NCBI GenBank assembly: GCA_943356495.1
Contig: CALRFF010000003.1
Location: forward strand, 551-64,550
Direction: 5' to 3'
Length of the DNA: 64,000 nt
Source: Candidatus Nomurabacteria bacterium
GTDB taxonomy: Bacteria; Patescibacteriota; Minisyncoccia; Phycocordibacterales; SBAW01
In this document: one piece after another, positions 40,220 through 49,211 of the stretch
How the letters are laid out: every line of letters starts with the position of its first letter
Position numbering within the stretch: the stretch's first letter is position 1
Notes under the pieces: generated by a model
Databases searched by the model: none
Told to the model about the DNA's origin: nothing
Seen by the model: only the letters and a program-made list of their open reading frames with translations
Made by a program: the position numbers and the translations under genes

Positions 40220-43204
40220 CTACAGGGCTTTTAGCGCGTCGGCGACCATGCTGAGTTCGCCGTTGCGGTTACTTAGTCTGCCTTTAAGCGCGATATACTT
40301 TTCGGGGCGCAAAATATCCTTATGCTCCGCGTAGCCTTTAGGAAAGACGACCGCCTCTAGCTGGTCGTCAAAATCACTGATTTTTATAAACGCCATCTGG
40401 TCGCCGCCTTTGGTAAGTATCACGCGTACGTCAGAGACCATGCCGGCCGCTACAATCATTTGCCCCGGCGATACATTGCTTTTTATCTGCGCCAAGTTCA
40501 TCGTGCGCGCCGCCAGCTTGTCTTTGTATTTGTCGAGCGGGTGGCCGGAGACATACAGGCCCAGCAACTCTTTTTCCCACCCGAGCCGCAGTTCTTGCGA
40601 TGCGGCAGCGGCGGGCCGGAGCGCCAGCTCGCTTGCAACACCGCCGCCGGCAAACAACGAGTCCTGCGCGCTGTCTTTTTGCGAGTCGCGATGATACTCA
40701 AGCAAGCGCTCCAGGTTGGCAAGCATTGCGCCGCGCTCGCCGAGCGAGTCGAGCGCTCCGCACATTATTAAACTTTCGAGCGAGCGCTTGTTGAGTGTTT
40801 GGCCTTTGATGCGCGATAAAAAGTCCGACAGGGTCGTGTACCTGCCGTTTGTTTTGCGTTCGGTAATAATTTCGTCGGCAATGTTGCGCCCGAAGTTTTT
40901 TATCGAGTACAGCCCAAAGCGTATCGAATCGGTGTCGGCCTCGGCGGCCAGCGCGGCCGCTTTGGCGGTGCGCTCTTTGGTCGCCCCAAGCAGTACCGTA
41001 AAGTCGCCGAAGCTTTCGTTAACATCGGGCGGCAAGACGGGGATACTCGCACGTTTACACTCGCCGACCATAATCGCAATGGTGTCCACGTCGCCGGACT
41101 CGGCGGTAAGCACCGCCGCCATGTACTCCACCGGATAGTTGGCCTTCATGTACGCGGTCTGGTAGGCGACACGGCCGTAGCTCGCGGCGTGCGCTTTGTT
41201 AAACCCGTAGGCGGCAAAGGGCTCGATAAGCTTCCACAATTTTTCGGCCAAGCCGGGGCTTAGTTTGCCGTAGCCTATAAACCCTTTAATCAGTTTTTCT
41301 TTTTCGGCGGCCATCACGGCGGGGATTTTTTTACCCATCGCTTTGCGCAGCATGTCGGCCTCGAGCCAGCTGTACCCGCCGAGCGTAATAGCAGTAAGGA
41401 GTACGTCGTCTTGGTACACGAGCACCCCGTAGGAAAAATCGAGGTACGCGCGCATGCGCGGGTCGAGGTAGTGGATACGGTCGGGGTTGTGTTTGCGTTT
41501 GATGTACTGCGGGATAGTTTCCATCGGCCCGGGGCGGAAGAGTGCGACCATCGCGTTAATGTCGTGTATGGTCGTGGGCTTAAGTTCCTTTAAGTAGCGC
41601 GTCATGCCCGCGCCGTTTAACTGGAAGGTGCCCTCGGTCTCGCCGCGCGCCAGCATTTCGAATGTGTGGGTGTCGTCGACCGGTACATTTTCGATATCTA
41701 TTTTTATGCCGCGGGTTTTCTCTACCAGTTTGACCGCGTGCGCCAAAATAGCGAGGTTACGTATACCAAGAAAGTCGAACTTAAGCAGGCCCGCTTCTTC
41801 TATCGAGTACATATCGTACTGTGTAATTATTTTGCCGCCTTTGGGGTCGAGTTGGAGCGGCGTAAAGTCGACCAAGGGGGTGGGCGACATCACGACGCCC
41901 GCAGCGTGCACACCCACGTGGCGGGCGCAGCCTTCGATTTTTCTGCCGAGGTCGATAACCTCGCGCACCTCCTTTTCTTTTTTGTACATCTTTTCGAGTT
42001 CCGGATTTTCGGCCAAGGCGCGCTCGAGCGTCATGGGGAAGCCCTGCGAGCCGAAGGGGATTTCTTTGGCAATGCGATCGCCGAGCCCGTACGGTTGGCC
42101 GAGTGCGCGGGCGACATCGCGCACCACCCCGCGGGCAAGCATGGTGCCAAAGGTACCGATTTGGGCTACCTGTTCGTTGCCGTATTTTTGCCGCGCGTAC
42201 TCGATAACCTCGTCACGCCGGTTGTCGGCAAAGTCCATGTCGATGTCCGGGGCACTGGGGCGCTCTGGGTTAAGAAACCGCTCGAAGGGGAGTTTGTACT
42301 CAAGTGGGTTTACATTGGTAATGCCGGTCACGTAGGTTACTAAGCTGCCGGCGACCGAGCCGCGGATAGTGGTGAGTATTCCGTTTGTACGCGCAAACGC
42401 CAGCAGGTCGGCTACTACTAAAAAATACGGCGCGTAACCCTTGTCGGTAATAATTGTAAATTCGTACTCAATGCGCTCACGTACCTCGGGGTTTGCGGAG
42501 ATAAAGCGGCGCTTGATGCCTTCTTCTATAAGTTCGCGTAGTGCGTCGTTGTAGGAAACACCGCCCGGTTTGGGGTAGTTAGGGAAGACCCACTTTCCTA
42601 GATCAAGTTCTAAATTACAAGAGTCGGCAATTTCTAAAGTTTTGGCCAGCTGCGCCTCGCTAAACTTCTCCGCCATCTGTGCGTTAGTGGGGAAGAAGAA
42701 GGCATCGTCTTCTTGTGTAATGTCACCGTCCTCGGCGGGCCCGCGGTTTTCTATCGCGCGCATGGTCTCCCACGCGCGGCGGTCGTCCGGTTCTAAGTAG
42801 TAGATTTCGCTCAGTGCGACTTCGTTCGTTGTCGGGTCGAGCGTAATAAGTCCGGCGCTGTGCGCGCTTAGCATCTCTTGCGTAACAGTCGGATTTTCGG
42901 GTGTCGCCAAGTGCGACTTGGTTACCAACTGCAAAAGGTTTTGGTAACCCACGCGGTCCTTTGCATATAGTAGAGTGCGCTTGCCATCGCCTACGTGTGC
43001 ATCGAGGCCGATAATTGGCTTAATGCCTGCGCTCTTACATTCTTTATAAAACTCTATCGCGCCGTACAGGTTGTTAAGGTCGGTGAGCGCCAGCGCCTCG
43101 CATCCTTCGGCCTTTGCGCGCGCCACCAGCTCGGGGATTTTAGGCAATGCTTTAAGCAAAGAGTAGTGCGAGTGTACGTGGAGGTGTACGAAACTCTGTG
43201 CCAT
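40220..43204 (-). CDS. dnaE: DNA polymerase III alpha subunit
   Basis: FVHLHVHS.YSLL, RGS.AGS, FERFLNPER.S.PDIDMDF, HAAG, KFDFLG, YGFNKAHA, C-terminal OB fold. Confidence 0.97.
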   Translation of the reverse strand: MAQSFVHLHVHSHYSLLKALPKIPELVARAKAEGCEALALTDLNNLYGAIEFYKECKSAGIKPIIGLDAHVGDGKRTLLYAKDRVGYQNLLQLVTKSHLATPENPTVTQEMLSAHSAGLITLDPTTNEVALSEIYYLEPDDRRAWETMRAIENRGPAEDGDITQEDDAFFFPTNAQMAEKFSEAQLAKTLEIADSCNLELDLGKWVFPNYPKPGGVSYNDALRELIEEGIKRRFISANPEVRERIEYEFTIITDKGYAPYFLVVADLLAFARTNGILTTIRGSVAGSLVTYVTGITNVNPLEYKLPFERFLNPERPSAPDIDMDFADNRRDEVIEYARQKYGNEQVAQIGTFGTMLARGVVRDVARALGQPYGLGDRIAKEIPFGSQGFPMTLERALAENPELEKMYKKEKEVREVIDLGRKIEGCARHVGVHAAGVVMSPTPLVDFTPLQLDPKGGKIITQYDMYSIEEAGLLKFDFLGIRNLAILAHAVKLVEKTRGIKIDIENVPVDDTHTFEMLARGETEGTFQLNGAGMTRYLKELKPTTIHDINAMVALFRPGPMETIPQYIKRKHNPDRIHYLDPRMRAYLDFSYGVLVYQDDVLLTAITLGGYSWLEADMLRKAMGKKIPAVMAAEKEKLIKGFIGYGKLSPGLAEKLWKLIEPFAAYGFNKAHAASYGRVAYQTAYMKANYPVEYMAAVLTAESGDVDTIAIMVGECKRASIPVLPPDVNESFGDFTVLLGATKERTAKAAALAAEADTDSIRFGLYSIKNFGRNIADEIITERKTNGRYTTLSDFLSRIKGQTLNKRSLESLIMCGALDSLGERGAMLANLERLLEYHRDSQKDSAQDSLFAGGGVASELALRPAAAASQELRLGWEKELLGLYVSGHPLDKYKDKLAARTMNLAQIKSNVSPGQMIVAAGMVSDVRVILTKGGDQMAFIKISDFDDQLEAVVFPKGYAEHKDILRPEKYIALKGRLSNRNGELSMVADALKAL

Positions 43205-43260
43205 GCACCCACTATACTCCCGGGGTAGTACCTTGAGCCAATGCTGATACAATGGTCTTA

Positions 43261-43884
43261 ATGCCGCAGGAATTCATCCTCGGGGTGGACGAAGCGGGGC
43301 GGGGGCCCTTGGCGGGGCCGGTTGCGGTAGGGGTCGTTGCCTTGCCGCCGGGGTTTGATGTATTAAAGGAATTTCCGGGGGTTAAAGACTCTAAGCTTTT
43401 GAGCGCTCAAAAGCGCGAAAAGATTTTTGTCGAGGTCGAGCGTCGCGCCAGCCGCGGCGACCTGCACTTTGCGGTCTGCTTTTCGAGCCACCGGTTTATC
43501 GACGAGTACGGTATTACGCACGCGGTACAAACTGCCGTGGCGCGCGGTGTGCGCGAGCTTGCCCCGCCCAGCCGCGGCGTCGTGTTGCTCGACGGCCTGC
43601 TGCGTGCGCCCAAAAACTATACCCAACGCACTGTCATACATGGCGATGGGTTGGTGCCGGTCATCGGCCTTGCCTCGATACTCGCAAAAGTTACCCGCGA
43701 CCGCTTGATGGAGCATCTTGCGCGCTTGTACCCCGAGTACGGGTTTGACCAACATAAAGGCTATGGCACCGAAGTGCACTTACGGGCCCTACGCCGCCAC
43801 GGCTTGTGTGATATTCACCGCCGTACCTACTGCAAAGTTGGTGTGCACAAACGGCTTGACCGATTAGTACAAAGGGTGGTATAG
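43261..43884 (+). CDS. rnhB: Ribonuclease HII
   Basis: GVDEAGRGPLAGPV, DSK.L, ASILAKV.RD, HKGYGT. Confidence 0.96.
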   Translation: MPQEFILGVDEAGRGPLAGPVAVGVVALPPGFDVLKEFPGVKDSKLLSAQKREKIFVEVERRASRGDLHFAVCFSSHRFIDEYGITHAVQTAVARGVRELAPPSRGVVLLDGLLRAPKNYTQRTVIHGDGLVPVIGLASILAKVTRDRLMEHLARLYPEYGFDQHKGYGTEVHLRALRRHGLCDIHRRTYCKVGVHKRLDRLVQRVV

Positions 43885-43885
43885 T
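43856..43885 (+). promoter_or_regulatory. Sigma70 promoter inside the rnhB 3' end
   Basis: TTGACC-18 nt-TATAGT with TG extension. Confidence 0.6.
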
Positions 43886-43969
43886 GCTTATCCAGTTGCT
43901 CTACTGCTTTGTTTTGTACTCAACCGGCGTATCAAATTAAGAAACAGCAAAAGGTTAAGGGGTTACGAA

Positions 43970-44218
43970 ATGACATCCAAGGGACCGAAGGCGGAACGGA
44001 TTCCCAAACGTAAATGCGGCGGCATCTGCAGAGATTGTCCGCTGCAGCGAGACTTGAGGCTCAAAGACGCACAGGTGTTCTGCGGCGCGGAACACGCCAC
44101 CATCGGCATGAACCGGTGGAAGCTTATCCCGAACGGCCCGTGCAAGGACCGTCCGGGGTCAGATACCGCTTCTGCTTTGCCGTCGCCGTGGGTTACCTCG
44201 TTGGCGCAAGCAGGTTAA
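43970..44218 (+). CDS. Small Cys-rich hypothetical protein (ORFan-like)
   Basis: Own promoter, purine-rich SD-like run and terminator; CGGICRDC...C...C. Confidence 0.5.
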   Translation: MTSKGPKAERIPKRKCGGICRDCPLQRDLRLKDAQVFCGAEHATIGMNRWKLIPNGPCKDRPGSDTASALPSPWVTSLAQAG

Positions 44219-44225
44219 CCGCTAC

Positions 44226-44257
44226 GGCCCCGTCTTCGGACGGGGTCTTTTCTTTTT
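44226..44257 (+). terminator. Intrinsic terminator
   Basis: ggccccgtc-ttcg-gacggggtc-ttttcttttt. Confidence 0.85.
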
Positions 44258-44282
44258 AGCCCTTATTTGATAGGGTATTGGC

Positions 44283-44513
44283 ATGGTAGTCAGGATGAGA
44301 AGCACCCGGTCGCACACGGCAAACCGCCGTTCGCACCATGCCTTGGTGGCCCAGACGCTCGCGGTATGCGAGTGCGGGGCTACGCGCGTGTCTCATCGCG
44401 CCTGCCAGACCTGCGGCCGCTACAATGGCCGCGTGGTAGTTGATGTAGCGGCCAAGGCATCCGCCAAGGCGGCTAAGCGTGCAAAGAGGGATAAAAGCGA
44501 GGGGCAGAAATAA
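44283..44513 (+). CDS. rpmF: 50S ribosomal protein L32
   Basis: RRSHHAL...CECG...HRAC..CG.YNGR.V. Confidence 0.92.
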   Translation: MVVRMRSTRSHTANRRSHHALVAQTLAVCECGATRVSHRACQTCGRYNGRVVVDVAAKASAKAAKRAKRDKSEGQK

Positions 44514-44598
44514 AATTCTGCGGTTCGGTTTTAAATCTCTGGTACAATTGCAGACATAGAAGCGCAGGGGCGGTTTGTAGCGCGTTCTTCAAATAACA

Positions 44599-45522
44599 AT
44601 GGCCAATAGGCACCTTTCACGCTCAGTAGTCCTCCAAACACTCTTCGAGTGGGACATCCGCCAACTCTCCGCGGATGTCGCGCGTGATGCCTTGCGCCGC
44701 AATGCCGCCGAGTTCGCCCCCGGCGCCGCGGACCTCCCGTTTATGGAAGACTTGTTGGTGGGCAGCGTTTCGCGCCGCAACGACCTCGACTTGGTTATAG
44801 AAAAGGCCGCCCCCGAGTGGCCCTTGGCGCGTATTGCGCCGGTCGACCGCAACGTATTACGGCTCGGCCTCTACGAGCTCCTTTTTGCCGATAGGGAAAA
44901 GGTTCCCGCTAAAGTCGCTATCAACGAAGCCATCGAGCTTGCCAAAAGTTTCGGCGGCGACAACAGCGGCCGGTTTGTTAACGGCGTGTTGGGCGCGGTA
45001 TACAAAGAGTTGGGCGAGCCCGGCAAAGACGATGTCGGCAAAAAAAAGAAGGACGTGCCCTATGCCGAGATGCCGGTGCAAAACCTCGGCGGTGCGGTAG
45101 TGTACTGCCGGCAGGGCGGCGACCTGTACTTGGCGCTGGTGCACGACATCTTCGGTCATTGGACGCTTAGTAAAGGTAAAATCGGTGATGCCCCCGAGAT
45201 AGCCGACGAAAGCGTCGAGGAGGGGACCGTGCGCGAGATAAAAGAGGAGTTGGGCCTTGATATTAAAATAAAAGAGAAGTTGGGGGAAAACGAGTACGTC
45301 GCGAGCGACCCCGCGACCGGCAAAAAGCGCAAACATGTCACGTACTTTTTGGCCGAGTCGCCGTTTACCGAGGTAAAGCTCGAGCAAAAAGGCGGACTCG
45401 ACGACGCGCGGTGGTTTAGACTCCAAGACGCGCTCGACCTTAACTTTTATGAAGATATGCTGCCTATTATCCAAAAGGCCGTAGAACGCCTGTCGATGCA
45501 GACCAAGAAAACAAAGAAGTAA
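44599..45522 (+). CDS. nusB: NusB fused to C-terminal NUDIX hydrolase
   Basis: R...LQ.LFE, DRNVLRLG.YEL, VAINEAIELAK.FG...S..FVNGVLG; then WTLSKG...E......REIKEELGL. Confidence 0.93.
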   Translation: MANRHLSRSVVLQTLFEWDIRQLSADVARDALRRNAAEFAPGAADLPFMEDLLVGSVSRRNDLDLVIEKAAPEWPLARIAPVDRNVLRLGLYELLFADREKVPAKVAINEAIELAKSFGGDNSGRFVNGVLGAVYKELGEPGKDDVGKKKKDVPYAEMPVQNLGGAVVYCRQGGDLYLALVHDIFGHWTLSKGKIGDAPEIADESVEEGTVREIKEELGLDIKIKEKLGENEYVASDPATGKKRKHVTYFLAESPFTEVKLEQKGGLDDARWFRLQDALDLNFYEDMLPIIQKAVERLSMQTKKTKK

Positions 45523-46211
45523 TGAAAGACTTTAATTCGTTCGAACAAAATATCGGAGTTTCATTTAATGACGCCGCGCTTTTACGGCAGGCTTTTACGC
45601 ATCGCTCGTACCTTAACGAACACCGCGGCGAGTCGGGCGGGCACAACGAGCGGCTTGAGTTCCTCGGCGACGCGGTGCTCGAGCTTATCGCCACGCACTT
45701 TTTGTACACCGAGTTCCCCGACAAGCCAGAAGGCGAGTTGACCGCGTACCGCGCGGCGCTGGTCAACGCGGTTACCTGCGCGCAGATTGCCACAGAGATA
45801 GGCATGAACGACTTTTTGCTCCTCTCGCGCGGCGAGGCCAAGGACACCGGCCGCGCGCGCAACATTTTGCTTGCCAACGCGTTCGAGGCGTTGGTGGGCG
45901 CGATATATATCGACCAAGGCTACGACGCGGCCAAGCAGTTTATCTCCGAGCGCCTCTTCCCCCGTATCGACTCAATTATAAAAGAGCGGCTGTGGCAGGA
46001 CGCTAAGTCGTCTTTGCAGGAGAAAGCGCAGGAGCACGAAGGCTCGACCCCCAACTATAAAGTAATGCAGGAGACCGGTCCCGACCACGACAAGCATTTT
46101 GTCGTCGGTGTGTACGTAAAGGACGTATTGCTCGGGCAAGGCGAAGGCAAGGCCAAACAAGAGGCCGAACAAGCGGCAGCCCGCGAGGCACTAGACAAAA
46201 AGGGTTGGTAG
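45522..46211 (+). CDS. rnc: Ribonuclease III
   Basis: AFTHRSY, NERLEFLGDAVL, EALVGAIY.D.G, C-terminal dsRBD. Confidence 0.97.
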   Translation: MKDFNSFEQNIGVSFNDAALLRQAFTHRSYLNEHRGESGGHNERLEFLGDAVLELIATHFLYTEFPDKPEGELTAYRAALVNAVTCAQIATEIGMNDFLLLSRGEAKDTGRARNILLANAFEALVGAIYIDQGYDAAKQFISERLFPRIDSIIKERLWQDAKSSLQEKAQEHEGSTPNYKVMQETGPDHDKHFVVGVYVKDVLLGQGEGKAKQEAEQAAAREALDKKGW

Positions 46212-46274
46212 TGCTATAATACATAGCAGAGGGTCCGGTCGGAAACTCAACAACACAAACACACGAGGTGTGTC

Positions 46275-46787
46275 GTGAATTACCAAAGGTCTGAACCCGC
46301 CACAACATCTAAGCACGTTCCGGGCGGCGCAGCAGTGGTCATCGCCATCATGGGCGAAAAAAAGATTCTCCTAATTAAGGAGACGACCAAGCCGCGGCCG
46401 CATTTTTGGAAGTTTGTCGGCGAGACGGTTGAGCCCGGCGAGCCGATACTCAATGCGCTCTGGGGCGGCGTCCGCGAGGAAGCGGGCCTCGAGCTCGAGG
46501 CCCGCAGGGTCGGCGGCAAAGTGGTCGAGATCATCGACCCGCGCATCAAGGTCACCAGGCAGCTTTTACCGCCGCACTGGGTGCAAAGTCACACCCCCCA
46601 CAAGCGTCATTTCTGGGGGCTTATGACGACCGACGAGGTGGTGCTCGCGCTTTCGGGCAAGCACCACACCGGCGATGTCAACGAAGAGATCGACACGCTC
46701 GCGTTCGATCTTTCAGAGCTCGACAAGATGCCGGACTTCCACCCCCAGCATCGCAAGTTGATCGGGGAGCTTAAGCGAGCCGGCTGA
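46275..46787 (+). CDS. Divergent NUDIX-family protein
   Basis: WKFVGETVEPGE....L..GVREEAGL; GAGGTG SD; TGnTATAAT upstream; terminator downstream. Confidence 0.7.
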   Translation: MNYQRSEPATTSKHVPGGAAVVIAIMGEKKILLIKETTKPRPHFWKFVGETVEPGEPILNALWGGVREEAGLELEARRVGGKVVEIIDPRIKVTRQLLPPHWVQSHTPHKRHFWGLMTTDEVVLALSGKHHTGDVNEEIDTLAFDLSELDKMPDFHPQHRKLIGELKRAG

Positions 46788-46809
46788 TATCTGGGCGCCC
46801 CGATTGGTA

Positions 46810-46841
46810 GGCCCCGCGCGAAAGCGCGGGGCCATTTTTTT
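46810..46841 (+). terminator. Intrinsic terminator
   Basis: ggccccgcgc-gaaa-gcgcggggcc-attttttt. Confidence 0.85.
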
Positions 46842-46857
46842 GATACAATTACACCGC

Positions 46858-49020
46858 ATGCGGCTGAAATCGATTGAGTTGTCGGGGTTTAAATCCTTTG
46901 CCAAAAAAACTCCGCTGGAGTTCGCCTCTTCTATTACCTCTATTGTCGGGCCCAACGGCAGCGGCAAAAGCAACATTGCCGAGTCGTTTCGCTTTGTGCT
47001 CGGTGAGCAGTCGATGAAGTCGATGCGCGGCCGCCGCGGCGAAGACATGATATGGAACGGCAGTGCCGCCGTGCCGCGCGCAGGGCGGGCCGGTGTTAAG
47101 CTGGTGTTCGACAACTCCGACCGCGCTTTAAATTTAGACTTTGACGAGGTAAGTATCGAGCGTGTGGTGCACCGCGACGGCGTCAACGACTACCTACTCA
47201 ACGGCTCCATCGTGCGCCTGCGTGACGTGGCCGAACTTCTTTCGCAAGCCAACATCGGGTCTTCCGGCCACCATATTATTTCCCAAGGCGAGGCCGACCG
47301 CGTTTTGACCGCCAGTTCGCGCGAGCGGCGCGAGATGATAGAAGACGCGCTCGGGCTTACGGCCTATTTGTATAAGCGCGAAGAGGCCGGCCGCAAACTC
47401 GATAAAACAGCCGAAAATATGCGCGAGGTGCAGGCCCTGCGCCGCGAGTTGGCGCCGCACCTGAAGTTTCTCGGGGCCCAAGTTAAAAAAATCGAGCAGG
47501 CACAAGCGCTGCGCGAGGACTTGGCGGTGCTGTATGCCGAGTACCTCAAGCGCGAGCAAACCTATGTGTCGATAACCAAAAAAGAATTGGCGGGCGAGTT
47601 GCACGAACCGTCCGCCGAGCACAAAACACTGAGCGAGCGGATTAACCATCTGCGCGTGAGCTTAAGCAAAAAACTCGACGACAAAGGCGCCTCAGAGTTG
47701 GTGCGGCTCGAGGAGGAGAGCCGCGCGGTGGCTAAAAAGCAGGAGGCAGCTAACCGCGAGTTGGGTGCGGTCGAGGGCGAGTTGCGCGCACACGAGCGGC
47801 TGGCAAAAGAGGCCGGCGGCACCGTGCCGGTTGCCGAGGCACGCGGGTTTGCTGAGCGGGTTCTAAAGGAGCTCGAGGCCGGCGGCAATATTGCCGCGCT
47901 GGTGGTACTTGCTAAAGAGTTTTTGCGCCGCCTTACACACACGCCCACGGCGGGTCATAGTAAGGGGGAGTTAGAGACCAAAAAAGCGCAGCTCGAAAAA
48001 GAGCTGGCGCATTTGCGCACGCAAGAAGAGCATACCCGCCACGCCGTAGCCAAGCTGCGTAAAGAACTGGAAAGCGAAAAGGACTTAAGCCGCGATGCCG
48101 AGCGCGAGTTGTTTGCCGCGATGGCCCGCAGAAGTGAGTTGGAAACCTCGCTTGCGGGTCTGCGCGCCCGCGAAGAGATGCTGAAGCGCGACGAAGAGCA
48201 ATATAAACAAGAGTTTCGCGAGGCGGCGGTGCTGCTTGGCCATTTGCCCGAGACAGAAGTCTTGTTTGACGACGAACCGCGCGAGGCCCAAGCCGAGCGC
48301 CGCCGCAAACTTGAGCGCCTTAAAATCCGGCTCGAAGAGGCGGGGTTGGGCAACTCTACCGAGGTGTTACGAGAGCATCAGGAAACGACCGAGCGCGACG
48401 CCTTTTTGGAGCGCGAGCTCCAGGACCTCGAGCTTTCTGCGGGCAAACTGCGCCAGCTTATAGAAGAGCTGACAAAAACATTAGAGACCCGTTTTGTCGA
48501 CGGTATAGATAAAATAAACACCGAGTTCGAAAAGTTTTTTAAACTCATGTTCGGCGGCGGTTCGGCAAGTTTGGCGATAGTTAAAGACAAAAAACTGCGC
48601 CGCGGTGCGGGCGAGGCACACGACGGCGATGAGGAAGAGATAGTGGATACCGATATTGAGGTTGAGGAAGGCGTCGAGATTTCTATAGCCTTGCCGCACA
48701 AGCGCATCAAGGGTCTCCACATGCTCTCCGGCGGGGAGCGCGCGCTAACCTCTATAGCGCTTATCTTTGCGATGTCGCAGGTTAACCCGCCGCCGTTTCT
48801 TATATTGGACGAGACAGACGCGGCGCTCGACGAGGCTAACAGCCGCCGCTACGGCGACATGATAGAAACACTGGCACGCCACAGTCAGCTTATTGTTATT
48901 ACCCACAACCGCGAGACGATGAGCCGCGCCGGCGTGCTCTACGGCATCACCATGGGTTCCGACGGTGTCTCTAAACTTCTGTCCGTAAAATTTGAGGAGG
49001 CGCTGGCGGTAGCAAAATAA
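46858..49020 (+). CDS. smc: Short SMC-family ATPase (720 aa)
   Basis: GFKSF, GPNGSGKSN, ISQG, LSGGE, FLILDE.DAALD, ITH. Confidence 0.92.
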   Translation: MRLKSIELSGFKSFAKKTPLEFASSITSIVGPNGSGKSNIAESFRFVLGEQSMKSMRGRRGEDMIWNGSAAVPRAGRAGVKLVFDNSDRALNLDFDEVSIERVVHRDGVNDYLLNGSIVRLRDVAELLSQANIGSSGHHIISQGEADRVLTASSRERREMIEDALGLTAYLYKREEAGRKLDKTAENMREVQALRRELAPHLKFLGAQVKKIEQAQALREDLAVLYAEYLKREQTYVSITKKELAGELHEPSAEHKTLSERINHLRVSLSKKLDDKGASELVRLEEESRAVAKKQEAANRELGAVEGELRAHERLAKEAGGTVPVAEARGFAERVLKELEAGGNIAALVVLAKEFLRRLTHTPTAGHSKGELETKKAQLEKELAHLRTQEEHTRHAVAKLRKELESEKDLSRDAERELFAAMARRSELETSLAGLRAREEMLKRDEEQYKQEFREAAVLLGHLPETEVLFDDEPREAQAERRRKLERLKIRLEEAGLGNSTEVLREHQETTERDAFLERELQDLELSAGKLRQLIEELTKTLETRFVDGIDKINTEFEKFFKLMFGGGSASLAIVKDKKLRRGAGEAHDGDEEEIVDTDIEVEEGVEISIALPHKRIKGLHMLSGGERALTSIALIFAMSQVNPPPFLILDETDAALDEANSRRYGDMIETLARHSQLIVITHNRETMSRAGVLYGITMGSDGVSKLLSVKFEEALAVAK

Positions 49021-49067
49021 CAAAAAGCAGTGTAGAGTTTTTGGAGACTGCAACCGGGAGCAAGTCG

Positions 49068-49211
49068 ATGGCCACCAAAAATGAGTTTGACCGGCCGGAG
49101 CAGCCGGCTACGCACGAAACGCTTGTCCTGCGCCAACGGGACGGTACCTTTTATACCGACACCGTTGAAGACCCGGCGGTTACGCCAACTCAAAGTCCAG
49201 CTGACGACTAG
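49068..49211 (+). CDS. Possible 47-aa acidic peptide (below ORF-track cutoff)
   Basis: GGGAG 7 nt before ATG; MATKNEFDRPEQ...SPADD*; overlaps the rnr 3' end. Confidence 0.35.
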   Translation: MATKNEFDRPEQPATHETLVLRQRDGTFYTDTVEDPAVTPTQSPADD

